This document shows positions 1 through 10,842 of a stretch of 64,000 nt of DNA, one piece after another. A model generated the notes under the pieces. It was not told where the DNA came from and did not search any database. It saw nothing but the letters and a program-made list of their open reading frames with translations. The stretch is from Fimicolochytrium jonesii (taxonomy: Eukaryota), in the NCBI RefSeq assembly GCF_025526975.1, contig NW_026515678.1:496001-560000 (forward strand). The letters are read 5' to 3'. The position numbers were made by a program, and so were the translations under genes. Positions within the stretch are counted from its first letter, which is position 1; each line of letters opens with the position of its first letter.

Positions 1-265
1 GTGTGGAGAGATGAATGGGGGAAGCGAAGGTGGTTGGATGGTGAGTACCAGGATCAACCCTCGACCATCAAACATTGAACAACAGCCATCAACACATCAA
101 CAAACGATACCCTGTGCTTGCGACGAGGATGTTTCGTTGTGTTGAGCAGAAGCGTAGCTCGCTCCGCTCGCGCTCGCCCGCGTCAAGCATCCCTTCTCCT
201 CGCTGCGCTCGGCGCAGTCCGCCTTCGCTCCAGGTCGCGGCTCCCTTGCGCACCGTTCTTCTCAC
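1..265 (-). other. Long first intron (at least 265 nt, acceptor just outside window) with GA-hairpin motifs and TTGATG tract
   Basis: GTGAG donor at 265; sense-strand CCGAGCGCAGCGAGG (198-212) and GCGAGCGGAGCGAGC (157-171); TTGATG repeats (plus 54-103); branch site and polypyrimidine tract. Confidence 0.6.
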
Positions 266-500
266 CTTCATCGCCCAACGGATTGTAAGCTTGTTTCCGC
301 CCACCACCCGATCTCCCACCCGCGGCTTCATCCCCACCGTCTCCGCCCCCACCCATACTCAGCGGGTTATTGGTGCTTCCATGGGTAGTATGCAACAAGA
401 ATTGCGGAGTCTGCGATGTCCTGCTGCTGCTGTCAGCAGCGGTAGGCGGCGCTTGGTTCGGCTGTGCAGAAGCGTTGCTGCTGCTGCTGGTGGCGTCCAT
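266..500 (-). CDS. Probable first exon of an unidentified gene continuing off the left end of the window
   Basis: ATG at 500 opens a low-complexity S/G-rich ORF (MDATSSSSNAS...AYNPLGDE). A GTGAG donor follows at 265, with a TACTCAC branch-like site (plus 41-47) and a pyrimidine tract running to position 1. Product not recognisable. Confidence 0.5.
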
Positions 501-1154
501 CAGTGCTCTCTGCCCTGTTTATATTGTGGTGGTTTGGCGATATATTGACAATCCAGGATGTATTGGGCGAGTGGTAGAGTTTCCGTGTTGCGCCCTTTAG
601 GGGGGCTTTTCGCACGCGACCGGCGAACCTTTGGCCCCGCAATTGCTCCTGGGTGTTGGGTACTGGTATCACGCTCCTGATGTGCGCATCCCACGGGATC
701 CCTCTCAGACAGCTGTGCAAGATGGGTGAGATCGCTTGACGGCGACGGCCTGACGACCGCTAGCTAGTATTGGGTGGGGTTAGCTATGTCTTGTCTGACA
801 GCGGAGGTCCCCACGATGTCTGTGCGCCCGCTTGGCGAAAGTGGCTCGTTCGTTGCGATCGGAGCGTTACTAACACCCGCTTCTCTTCTTCTCTTAGAGA
901 CGCGCGCCGCTTCAATCCTCGTGCAAGCGGTGAGAAAACAGGGAAACAGCAAAGCGCAGCCGCGTAAACCACTGTGACGAACGCAAAATCAACTTCAACG
1001 CGTCGGTCGGTCGCGCGAAGCGAAGCCTCGTCTTTCGCACATCTGAGAATTCCCGAAATATGGATCCAGCTTGAACACTTGAAACATGCCCAAAACCTCC
1101 TCAAAACCACCACCCCCGACGTTTTCATCCCGCTCAAAGGCTCCGACCAAGCCG

Positions 1155-2306
1155 ATGTCTAAAAGTTCAGCCAGCAGCAACATCACGCCCGAGACCGTCC
1201 TCAAGTGAGTTTACGGAGGACGGTGGGAGGGGGGCGAATACCAACGCCTTTCTTGTCGACTTTTACAGATGTTTGCTCATAACCTTCATCGTTTGTCAAT
1301 AGGTATGACAAACCGTCCGAAGGGTTTCTGTGTCCTATAGATGCGAATAAGTACTTCGAGGTGCGTCGGTTGGGGAGATGTGCGGTCTGGGAGTGGATAT
1401 GGCATGTGATGTCCGGGATGACCAAGGGAAGGTGTACCCTGCCGAAGCATTCATACTCATGAGTCGATTTCGGCCGCGCACATTCAGTTCCTGGAGTTCC
1501 GGATCCGAGATATGGAATCAAACAAGGTGCGGTTTGCAGAAGTTGCGTAGGTTCATATGGGGAACGATCAGAACCATAGATTAAAGAACGCAAAAGCCTA
1601 ACATCTCCTCGCCTTCCCTCTGCTTACAGATCATATTCGAAGTCCTCCGCCCCTCCCACGAAATCGACTGGACCCACCCCACCCCACCCGGGTAAGCCGC
1701 CTTTCCCTCCTCCTTCCCTTGCCTTCCACCCCCTCACCCGCGCCGTCCACAAATATATAGCACCGACGACACCCGCACTATAACCTACACATTCCTCGCC
1801 TCCCTCCTCGCCACCCCCACGATCGGCACAACCCTCGTCTTTGCCGTCTGCCCACAGGGTATCCCCAACTTCCGCATGATCGAGCGGCATTATTTCAAAG
1901 GGAGGCTGATCAAGGGGTTCGATTTCGTGTTTGGGTTTTGTGTGCCGGGAAGTGTCAATACGTGGGAGGCCGTTTATGAGGTGCGTGTCAGGGAGAGAGG
2001 GTGTGGGAATGTTGGGAGGGTGATGCTGATGTCTTCGTCTTTTTTTTTTGGGTTTAGATGCCGGAGATTAGTCAAGAGTTGCGTAAGTACCCCCTTCCCC
2101 ATCACCCATCATCCATCACTCCCCACCATGGACGCCTAGTATCCAACTCCCGATCTCTTTCATCCCACACAGAACAAGAAATGATAGCATCACCAGACGA
2201 AACAACCTCCGATAGTTTTTATTTCATCGACGACCGTCTGGTGATGCATACCAAGGCGCTGTATCGGTATGAGGAGTCGGGGGAGAATGATGCGGGGGAT
2301 TCCTGA
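1155..2306 (+). CDS. UNC119: UNC119 homolog (GMP-PDE delta fold, lipidated ciliary cargo chaperone), about 7 exons
   Basis: Spliced translation gives [92 protein letters not shown], the UNC119 signature motifs. Confidence 0.92.
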
Positions 2307-2644
2307 TCGGTGTATACCATTGGAGGAAGCGGACAGTACATAGGATTTTGGGTTTTCTGTTCTGTACAAAATGACATATCGCAAGTCAGATCATTGACTT
2401 TTTGATGATAACGATGGTTCGATTAAAATGACGAAAATGGAGTAGATACGACAGGAAAGTTGAAATAAATAACCTAGACCCAAATCTCATCCTACGAACT
2501 AAGAAAACAAAAATGCACTTTCTGAAGAACAGTAGCCATACGGCCAATGGTGGGTGAGTAATGATAGTATACAGGTGATACGGGGTGATGATGGGGGAGG
2601 TGATGATGGAAGTGGAGAGGAATGATGGCGAGGAGTGGAAAATC

Positions 2645-5067
2645 TTAACGGTGACTGGCGGACCCGTTCCCACGCTTGCCCGAGAACAAGTGCTTGGGCT
2701 TCTTGACCTGAATCGCGCGGTCGGACTCTCCAGCTTTGGCGAGGAGGTTGGACCGTGTTTGCGAGCGCTTTTTGATGTTTTCTGCCACCGCTTGTTGCTA
2801 TTGGTTGGAAGATACAGGTCGTTAGCTATAGTGTAAAAATGACAAGAATGCGAAGAGATACGAGGACACTTACCGAAGAGTTCCGAAGCCCCATAGCACT
2901 CCGATCGCGAACCTGGCTCGTCGCCTGCCTCTTATTCGGGTTCTGGCTCTGACTCCTAACAATCTCATCGCCCGCCCGTGATTCCGACCGGGCACGCTTA
3001 CGAGTCCTGCTCCGTGCGCGCTCGACAGCCGCATCCGACCCGACGCCCATCCCCGCGAGATGCTGCTCCAGCTGGGCCACGTTCCGCCCGACCTGCTTCT
3101 TGATCGGGATGACGGGGCGGTTCTTGCCTTTGCCGGCACGGTGGGCCTGCACGATGAGGTCCGTCTTGGCGCGCACCTCCTTGGCAGCCTCCTTGAGCGC
3201 GATCGCGTCGTCGTCGAGGATCTCCTCCTCCTCGTTGTAGAACCCTTCGGCAATGAGACGGTCCTCCTCGCGCTCCAGGGCGTCGAGCTTGGCCTCAATG
3301 TCCGGGTCGACAAAGTCCATGACGTTCTTGCCGTCCATGATCTCGGGGATGGTGTCGTATCTCCATTCGGGGTCGTCGAGCTGGTAGGGTTTCTTAAGGT
3401 CGACGTTGAACACACCGGCGCCGCCGTTGTCGCGCTCAATGTCCTTCTCGAGCGTCCGCCTGTTGGGGTCGTTGATGTCGTACTTGACGCGGGTCTTTGC
3501 GGAGTCGGGGATGGCGGCGGGACGGTCGCGGTCGTCACGGGCGATGGGTTGGGAGAGGTGGAGTTTGTTGAGGATGTCGGTGACTTTGCTGCCCTTCATC
3601 TTCATCTCGACACGGGAGGCGAGGAGCTTGTCGCAGGCCATGGTTTTGACGTCCATCACACCCTCGTCGGTGAATGTGCTCATTTGGACCATGGTGACGT
3701 TGTCCAAAGCCGCAATGTCGTCCAATAATGCCTTTTGCTCAGGCGCCAACTGTTCTGGGCGCATCACATCGATCTTGTTCACGACGAGCAGGGTGGGCTT
3801 GTTGGCAAAAAGAGGCTTGATGGCATGAAAAAGCGCCACTTGGTCGGCGACGCTGTAGCCACACTGCTCAGAAAGATCCATGAAGAACATGATGCATGCA
3901 CGTAAATGGGCGAGGGCCGTGATGGACTGCATCTCGATGGTATTTCTCTCCTCGAGAGGGTGGTCGAGAATTCCTGGGGTATCAATCACCTGAAAAAGAA
4001 AGTTTAGCGTCAGAACAGTGATCCATATCGAAGTCGATAATCAAGACAGTCCGTTTCTCGCCTACGCACCTGCCACCTGAGGTACTTGTAATCCATGTGC
4101 CCAACAAACAGACTCTTTGTCGTGAAAGCATAAGGCTGCACCTCAACCTCAGCCCTGGTCAATTTGTTCATGAACGACGACTTTCCAACGTTCGGGTAGC
4201 CGCACACGAGCAGAGTACGGGTGTTTGGGTCGATAGACGGCAACCTAGCCAAATGCTGTCGGACCTGCTCGAGGTACGCCAAACTGTCCTTCTGCCTCTT
4301 CATGATGGTCGCCATACGTCCGAGGGCCGCCTTCTTCAGCTGCTTGCAACGGTAGAGGGAGTCTCCGAATTTCAACAGACGGGCGTAGTCCTTTGCAACA
4401 TTATCTATCAGGTGTTTTGCCGTGTTGATCTGTCCAAGAGCAAGCTTGTAGTGATCCCTGTCATACAACACGTTCATCAAGTCCGCATAAAACGGGTGGA
4501 TTTCCTATAGGAAAGAGGGACAAAACTTGCGTTAGCAGTGTTCCGATAGACAATCAACCATCAACCCATCAACCATCAACCCATCAACCCATCAACCCAT
4601 CAACCCATCAGCAATCAACAATCCAAGATCCACCATCGCGGAAAAGCAGATCGCTAAGAAGTGGTGCTCGCTTCGCTCGCTGAGACTCGCTAAGAGCCGT
4701 TGTTAGGGGAAGCGCTCGCTGTTGCTCGCGGAAGGCGTTCGCTCGGGTCGCCTTCGCTACGCTGCAGACTCCCAGAACAAACCAAGACCCCGCCCTACGC
4801 TACAGGCCCCTAGAGCGAACCAAGGCCTCACTCCGTTCGGCTACTTACATCCAATTTAGGAAACTCCAACAGAATATGATCCAATTTCTCATCGAAACAA
4901 TCCTGAGCGAATTTGACTTTCCGCATATAAAACTGGCGAATCCTAGAAATCTGGTAGTGGGCGTGAACGACTGTGGGAGTCTTCCTTTGAATTTTGGAGA
5001 GAACAATGTCGACAAAGTCTGAGGCGGTCGGTACCACCTGGACCTTCTTGAAGTTGTAGATTGACAT
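2645..5067 (-). CDS. NOG1: Nucleolar GTP-binding protein 1 (60S biogenesis GTPase), multi-exon
   Basis: [22 protein letters not shown]1 [18 protein letters not shown]3 DTPGILD; NKID; C-terminal [11 protein letters not shown]; first intron 4505-4848. Confidence 0.97.
4551..4622. repeat. Tandem (CCATCAA[C])n repeat in NOG1 intron 1 (GTTGATGG on sense strand)
   Basis: About 8-9 imperfect 7-8 bp units read directly from the sequence. Confidence 0.9.
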
Positions 5068-5852
5068 GGCAGTGGTAGTGGGTCAGGGTGGTGGTGCGGG
5101 TGAGGGTGGAGGGTCCGGTCCTTAGAGTTGTCGGAATGGGGGAACAAAGGGCGGAATGAAGTAGCGTTCTTAGCGGAAACGCTGGTTGGTCTGCAAAGGC
5201 CCGGTTGTGAAAAGCGACCCTGATTGCTTCTAGTCTCTTCTCACACACTCCCTTTCTGTCCGTCTTCAGTTGACAAGAACGAAGTTTATCTAACGGCGTA
5301 GTGGACTGTTCGTGTAGGAATGGCAAGGCAGCCAATAAGTTCCTTGAGCCTGCTACGAAAAGAAAAACGAGCGCTGACACACTCTGCAGCAAGCCGAGAG
5401 GGAGACTTGCCCTTGCAAATCCTGTTCTGCTAGTCAGTCGCACGGCGTCACACACGCGGATCCCTGCGAGAGCGAGAGTCACGTGGATGAAGAGATCGGG
5501 CAGTTCGCTTATGTCATTGCGAGTGGCGCTGAGAAGGCGGTGCATGTGGCTTGCGCCCTGTCCTCCTCGCCTGTTGGGAATGACCGCATGGGACGCCAAA
5601 AGGCAAGGTTTTTGGCAACAGGTGGGAAGGCAAGGCATTTCGCAAAGCAGCATACAATAAGTGCTGATTCTCATTACGCTGACCCCCATACTCAGTATCT
5701 GCTAGCCCACACTCTCCCTCCCAGAGAAACACCTCGGGTCCCACATAGTAGATCGACAACGGTCGACGCATATAAGCTTACCCAGAACTTTTTCACCTTG
5801 CTGAGTTGGACACCTCAACCCTATCGAATTCAACGAACACCATATTGACAAA

Positions 5853-7536
5853 ATGGCCGACGCGGACGTAGATAAGAATGTGGAGCTATGGAAGATGAAG
5901 AGGCTCATCAAGAGTCTAGAGGCCGCGAGAGGGAACGGGACTTCCATGATCTCCCTTGTCATTCCGGTGAGTTTCGAGCGGAGCCAGGAGAAGCGCGAGC
6001 GACAGGGAACCCCATGGCGGGTTCCGAGCGGTAGCGAGCCTAGCGCGAGCGAAGCGAGCGATGGTAGCCCGAGCGATAGCGAGCCCGACCTTTGCAAACG
6101 CCTTCGCGAGCTACAGCGAGCCTCAGATCTTCACGAACGAAAGGAGCGATCTGGTTCTGTTCAAAAGAACCTCGCTGCGCGAGTTTAAACCATCTCGTTG
6201 ACGGTTGTTGACGGTTGATGATTGATGGTCGGAATACTAGGGCTAAAATTCATGTCCTCGATTCGCAGCCAAAGGATCAGATTTCACGGGTAGCAAAAAT
6301 GTTGGCAGATGAATACGGAACAGCCTCCAACATCAAATCACGGGTCAACCGATTGTCCGTGCTCTCCGCCATCACCTCCACCCAACAGCGTCTGAAGTTG
6401 TACCCACGAGTCCCCAATAACGGCCTGGTAGTCTACTGCGGAACAGTGGTGACCGACGAAGGAAAGGAAAAAAAGGTCAACTTCGATTTCGAGCCCTTCA
6501 AGCCCATCAACACGTCTCTGTACATGTGTGACAACAAGTTCCACACGGAAGCCCTCTCCGAATTGCTCGAATCCGACCAAAAGTTCGGGTTTGTCGTGAT
6601 GGACGGTCACGGAAGTCTGTTTGGAACCCTGGCCGGCAACACCCGCGAGATCCTGCACAAGGTCTCTGTCGACCTACCGAAAAAGCACGGCCGCGGTGGT
6701 CAATCCGCGCTCCGTTTCGCGCGTCTGCGTGAGGAGAAACGCCACAACTACGTGCGTAAAGTTGCCGAACTCGCCGTCCAATTCTTCATCACCGCCGACA
6801 AGGTCAACGTCGCGGGCATTGTCCTTGCCGGGTCCGCCGACTTCAAGACCACGCTCGCCGAATCCGACCTCTGGGACCAGCGTCTCGCCGCAAAAGTCAT
6901 CAAAGTCGTTGACGTCTCCTACGGCGGCGAGAACGGGTTCAACCAAGCCATTGAGCTCTGCGGCGAAGTCCTGCAGAACGTAAAGTTCATCCAGGAGAAG
7001 AAGCTCATCCAGCAGTACTTTGACGAGATTTCGCAGGATACCGGGAAATACTGCTTCGGCGTGGACGATACCCTCAAGGCACTGGATTTGGGAGCGGTCG
7101 AGACGCTGATTGTGTGGGAGGATCTGGATATTACGCGATATGTGCTGAAGAACCCGGCGACGGGCGAGGAGATTGTGAAGCATTTGAATAAGGAGGCGGA
7201 GAAGAATTCGGATAACTTCCGCGATCCGGAGAACAATGTGGATTTGGAGACGGTTGAAAAGATGTCGTTACTGGAATGGGTAGGTGTCATGAATGTCGAC
7301 AGGTATGTTACATCCCTATCCATCTGCTCACCGCCCCACCTCTCTTCATCCAGTTCACATCGGGCCAGCCATCCAAATACAAAGATTTCGGCGCCAACCT
7401 CGAGTATGTGACTAACAGGTCACAAGAAGGATCGCAGTTCGTGAAAGGGTTTGGAGGGATCGGGGGCCTGCTCCGGTACAAGGTCGATTTCCAGCAGATG
7501 ATGTACGATTCGGATGATGAGTACCTTAGCGATTGA
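5853..7536 (+). CDS. SUP45: Eukaryotic peptide chain release factor 1, 3 exons
   Basis: [40 protein letters not shown] motifs; intron 1 at 5967-6268, intron 2 about 7280-7354. Confidence 0.98.
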
Positions 7537-8451
7537 GAGGCGTAAATCGATGAGTAGTTGGATGCGTGGGGTTGGGGTTCATTGGGTAAGTGGAATGGTT
7601 TCGAGAGGAGGTGCTGCCTTAGGAATGGCTAAGGAACTCATCTGTGGCTATTTTAGAGCAGGATGATTGCAAATCACCAGCTGTTGGCACGAGACTGCGG
7701 CGACATGCGGACCCTCGCTCCACTTGATCTAGAGCGTCACATAGAGACCCGCAGCCGCCTCTGTACCTCACCTGCGACATATCTCAAACCCCGACTGGAC
7801 CGTCTGTCTGTCGCTGAGAACACGATTCACCCACCACCGATTCCGATCGGCTTTTCACCTCTTGTTCTCTCTTGGCCCGTTTTGCATATTTTTATCTTTT
7901 TCTCCCACCACCACCACCACCACCACTCTACATGTATAAATATTCGTTTTGATACAGTACTCGCTCGCATGTTGCTAACCCTGTCACCATAATGGATGGG
8001 AGAGTGCGGTGAGTCAGGCTCCGAGGGAGACGCCATTGTGTCGCCATGTTGCGCCTTCTGCGGCCCTTGTCCCTTATGCACGCGTGACCCTGTGGGAGCG
8101 ACCACATGCAGCGCATCCGCCGCCCACCTGCGCTCCCCCTTTTCTGCTTCCACAACCCGTTTTTTTTGGCTGCCCAGAACGTGCGCAATGTTCGCTACTT
8201 CTTACTGCTCCTCTCTATTCCACCCGCCATAGCATACGGCTATTTAGCCTAGCGTCAGCTCCTGTTCGCTTCTTGTGTTGGACATTATCTTCTTTCGTAT
8301 ATCCGTGCATACCGTCTTCTGATTCTTGAGGCGGACGTCCACTTCGCCACGGTCTGTTTCGAACCACCGCAAATTTCGAGAGCGGGCACATACATATATA
8401 CCCCCGGCTCTTATCTTCCCGCTATACCCGGCGCAGCCAACCACAGCAAAT

Positions 8452-10308
8452 ATGTCCGCACCCATCCCCTCGCCCCTCACCATCCCTTCCTTCCGCGCCC
8501 ACCGCCCCTCCGAAGTCCGCCATCCCGCCCCCATCACCGCAACCTCCTCCCCGCGCTCCATCCTCGTCTTCTCTGGCGGCTCCGCAATGAACACCTTCGT
8601 CAGCATCCTGCAGGGGTTTACGGATGACACTGCCTACATCATGCCTGTGAGCGATGATGGGGGCAGTACGAGTGAGATTATCAAAGTTTTGGGTGGGCCG
8701 GGGATCGGGGATTTGAGGAGTAGGGTTGTGAGGTTGGCGGAGACGAGGGGGTTGGAGGGGAGAGCTGTGCATGATCTTTTGAGTTATCGGTTGCCGTTTG
8801 ATGAGGTTGGTGGAGGAGCAACACCAAAGCAGAATGGGCATGGAAACGGAACATTAGCGAGCCCGAAGAAGAAGTTATCGGCGAAAGAGGAGTGGTTAGA
8901 GATGCTTGAAGGAAGACATCACCTGTGGGACGGCATCTCACACCCGTATCGCGAGACGATCCGGACCTTCCTCGCCCATTTCCAGCACGAACTCTTCCGC
9001 TCGGCCACACGCAAACCGCTGTTCAATTTCCAGGGCGGATCCATCGGCAATTTCTTCCTCACGGGCTCGCGGTTGTTCTTTGACAACCTCGACGCGGCGG
9101 TGTTTCAGTTCATGCGGATCATGCGGGTGCCGCCGCGTACCGAGGTCGTGCCGGTGCTGACGACGACAAGGGGCGCGGTGGTGATTGCGGCCGCGCAGAG
9201 GGATGGGGGGGTTATTTATGGGCAGTGTGAGATCTCGCATCCGGGGCAGGTTATGCCGGAGGGGGCGAGGACACGGTCGGGGTCGTTGAGTGCACGGGGA
9301 GGTATAGGTACAACGGGGCGGAATGGTCCGTCGGCGGCGGCTGCATCACCGACAGGGATAACGACAGGGATAACAACAACACAATCGTCACTACTGTCAA
9401 CAGAACCCACCCTCATCCCCTTCACCTCCGTCACGCGCAGCCCCTCCCAAAACCTCATCTACTCCAAAACAACCTCCCAATCCCTCTCTTCCCCCCTCCG
9501 CCGCATCTACTACGTCAACCGCGAGCGCCAGGAAATCTTCCCGGACATCAACCCCGTCGCCGCCGCACAGCTCTCCCGCAAACGCACAATCATCTACGGC
9601 TGCGGATCTCTGTATACATCCATCCTGCCGTGCCTCGTGGTTCCGGAGGTCGGACGCATGCTTGCGGATAACACGAAAAGTGGGGGGATTGCAAGTCCGT
9701 ACCCGATCAGGGATGGTACACCTCCCGCGGCCCGTGTGAAACTACTCCTGTTGAACGGATCTCACGATCGCGAGACGGAGGGGTACACCGCCCTCGATTT
9801 CGTGTACGCCATCACCGACGCGCTCAATTACTCATGCATGGTCGAGCAGAAACGCGGGACGGCACATCGACCCTCCCTCCCGGACATCGACGGAAACTCG
9901 TCCCTCCCGTTCACCCGCGACCGGGACGGCAAGCCCGTCGGTCTCGACTGGTGGGTCTCCGCCACCAGTCCCACCAGTAACGGCCACACGAACTCAGAAG
10001 ACGACGACGAGGGCCTAACAATGCGCACCTCCCGCCTCTCCCTTACAAATTCACAACACAAAGCGGAAATCCTGACAGCAGACTCGGGCCGCACCTACCT
10101 CGGCTCGCCACACCCGCCCGCGGCCTACATCACGCACCTGCTGTACCCGGAGGACGGGGAGGTGAGGATTGATGTGGAGAGAGTGGAGGCATTGGGGATT
10201 CGGTGTGTTCGGGTGCGCAAGGCGGCGCGGAGTGTTGGGCTTGGGCAAGGGAGGGGGTTGTATGGAGTTGAGGAGTTGGGGGAGGTTTTGGATTGTTTGG
10301 TTATCTAA
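8452..10308 (+). CDS. UPF0052 / YvcK-CofD-like family protein (yeast YNL011C-like), intronless
   Basis: ILVFSGGSA, PVSDDGGSTSEI, GGPGIGDLRSR, SIGNFFLTG, GQCEISHP, IIYGCGSLYTSILPCL, LLLNGSHDRET motifs typical of the family. Confidence 0.88.
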   Translation: MSAPIPSPLTIPSFRAHRPSEVRHPAPITATSSPRSILVFSGGSAMNTFVSILQGFTDDTAYIMPVSDDGGSTSEIIKVLGGPGIGDLRSRVVRLAETRGLEGRAVHDLLSYRLPFDEVGGGATPKQNGHGNGTLASPKKKLSAKEEWLEMLEGRHHLWDGISHPYRETIRTFLAHFQHELFRSATRKPLFNFQGGSIGNFFLTGSRLFFDNLDAAVFQFMRIMRVPPRTEVVPVLTTTRGAVVIAAAQRDGGVIYGQCEISHPGQVMPEGARTRSGSLSARGGIGTTGRNGPSAAAASPTGITTGITTTQSSLLSTEPTLIPFTSVTRSPSQNLIYSKTTSQSLSSPLRRIYYVNRERQEIFPDINPVAAAQLSRKRTIIYGCGSLYTSILPCLVVPEVGRMLADNTKSGGIASPYPIRDGTPPAARVKLLLLNGSHDRETEGYTALDFVYAITDALNYSCMVEQKRGTAHRPSLPDIDGNSSLPFTRDRDGKPVGLDWWVSATSPTSNGHTNSEDDDEGLTMRTSRLSLTNSQHKAEILTADSGRTYLGSPHPPAAYITHLLYPEDGEVRIDVERVEALGIRCVRVRKAARSVGLGQGRGLYGVEELGEVLDCLVI

Positions 10309-10842
10309 AGGGTATTTTTTTGGTGTTTGATGAAGGTCGCGAGGCTGGTGAGTTGATGTTGAAGAGGTCGGCGGCAGGACCTGCCGACGTCTGAGGTCTT
10401 TGTGTGTGCTGCAATCTATATCTTTTTTTGGAATTGTGCGTTTGTTCCTTGGTGGACGGAACCTGATGTGTACTTATGTAAATTGATTGATTGAGTTGAC
10501 TCGATGGTTGCCTGGCATGAACCTCTTCTCCATGGACAGAACCTGTTCATTCATGCTTTTTTGCGAAAGCTACGAGTTGGTTCTGGACTTAAAAACATCG
10601 GTGGAGGCTCGGAGGGCAAGGCCTTTTGACGGGGCTTCCCGCGCGTCAGAAGTTTTGACAGCGAGTGGAAACAATACCAGCCCTCCAAGCACCTTCTGCA
10701 CGCAGTAAGTTTCCTTTATGACACACTAAATGTGGGCCATCGGTCTGTCAGGTATATTCACAGCGGCGTAGATGTCTCGGGCGTCCTTTGTACAACATTC
10801 TCCACCGCAACCGAAAGCCCACAAGCACCTCCCAGAAACAAA

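Noticed and set aside
198..212. Match to CCGAGCGCAGCGAG found near ColE1/pUC origins (vector contamination)
   Set aside because: Only about 14 nt, embedded in a native intron among divergent sibling motifs; better explained as a convergent hairpin motif
1361..1490. Non-canonical GT-AC intron in UNC119 (acceptor before ATTCAG)
   Set aside because: A canonical in-frame CAG acceptor lies 6 nt downstream; cannot be distinguished without RNA-seq
2870..3828. Long overlapping antisense/alternate-frame ORFs over NOG1 (similar cases over eRF1, F-box, helicase and UPF0652 genes)
   Set aside because: Expected shadows of GC-rich, biased codon usage; no independent protein motifs
4551..4622. CRISPR array or telomeric repeat
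   Set aside because: 7-8 bp tandem units with no spacers, not TTAGGG-like, inside a spliceosomal intron
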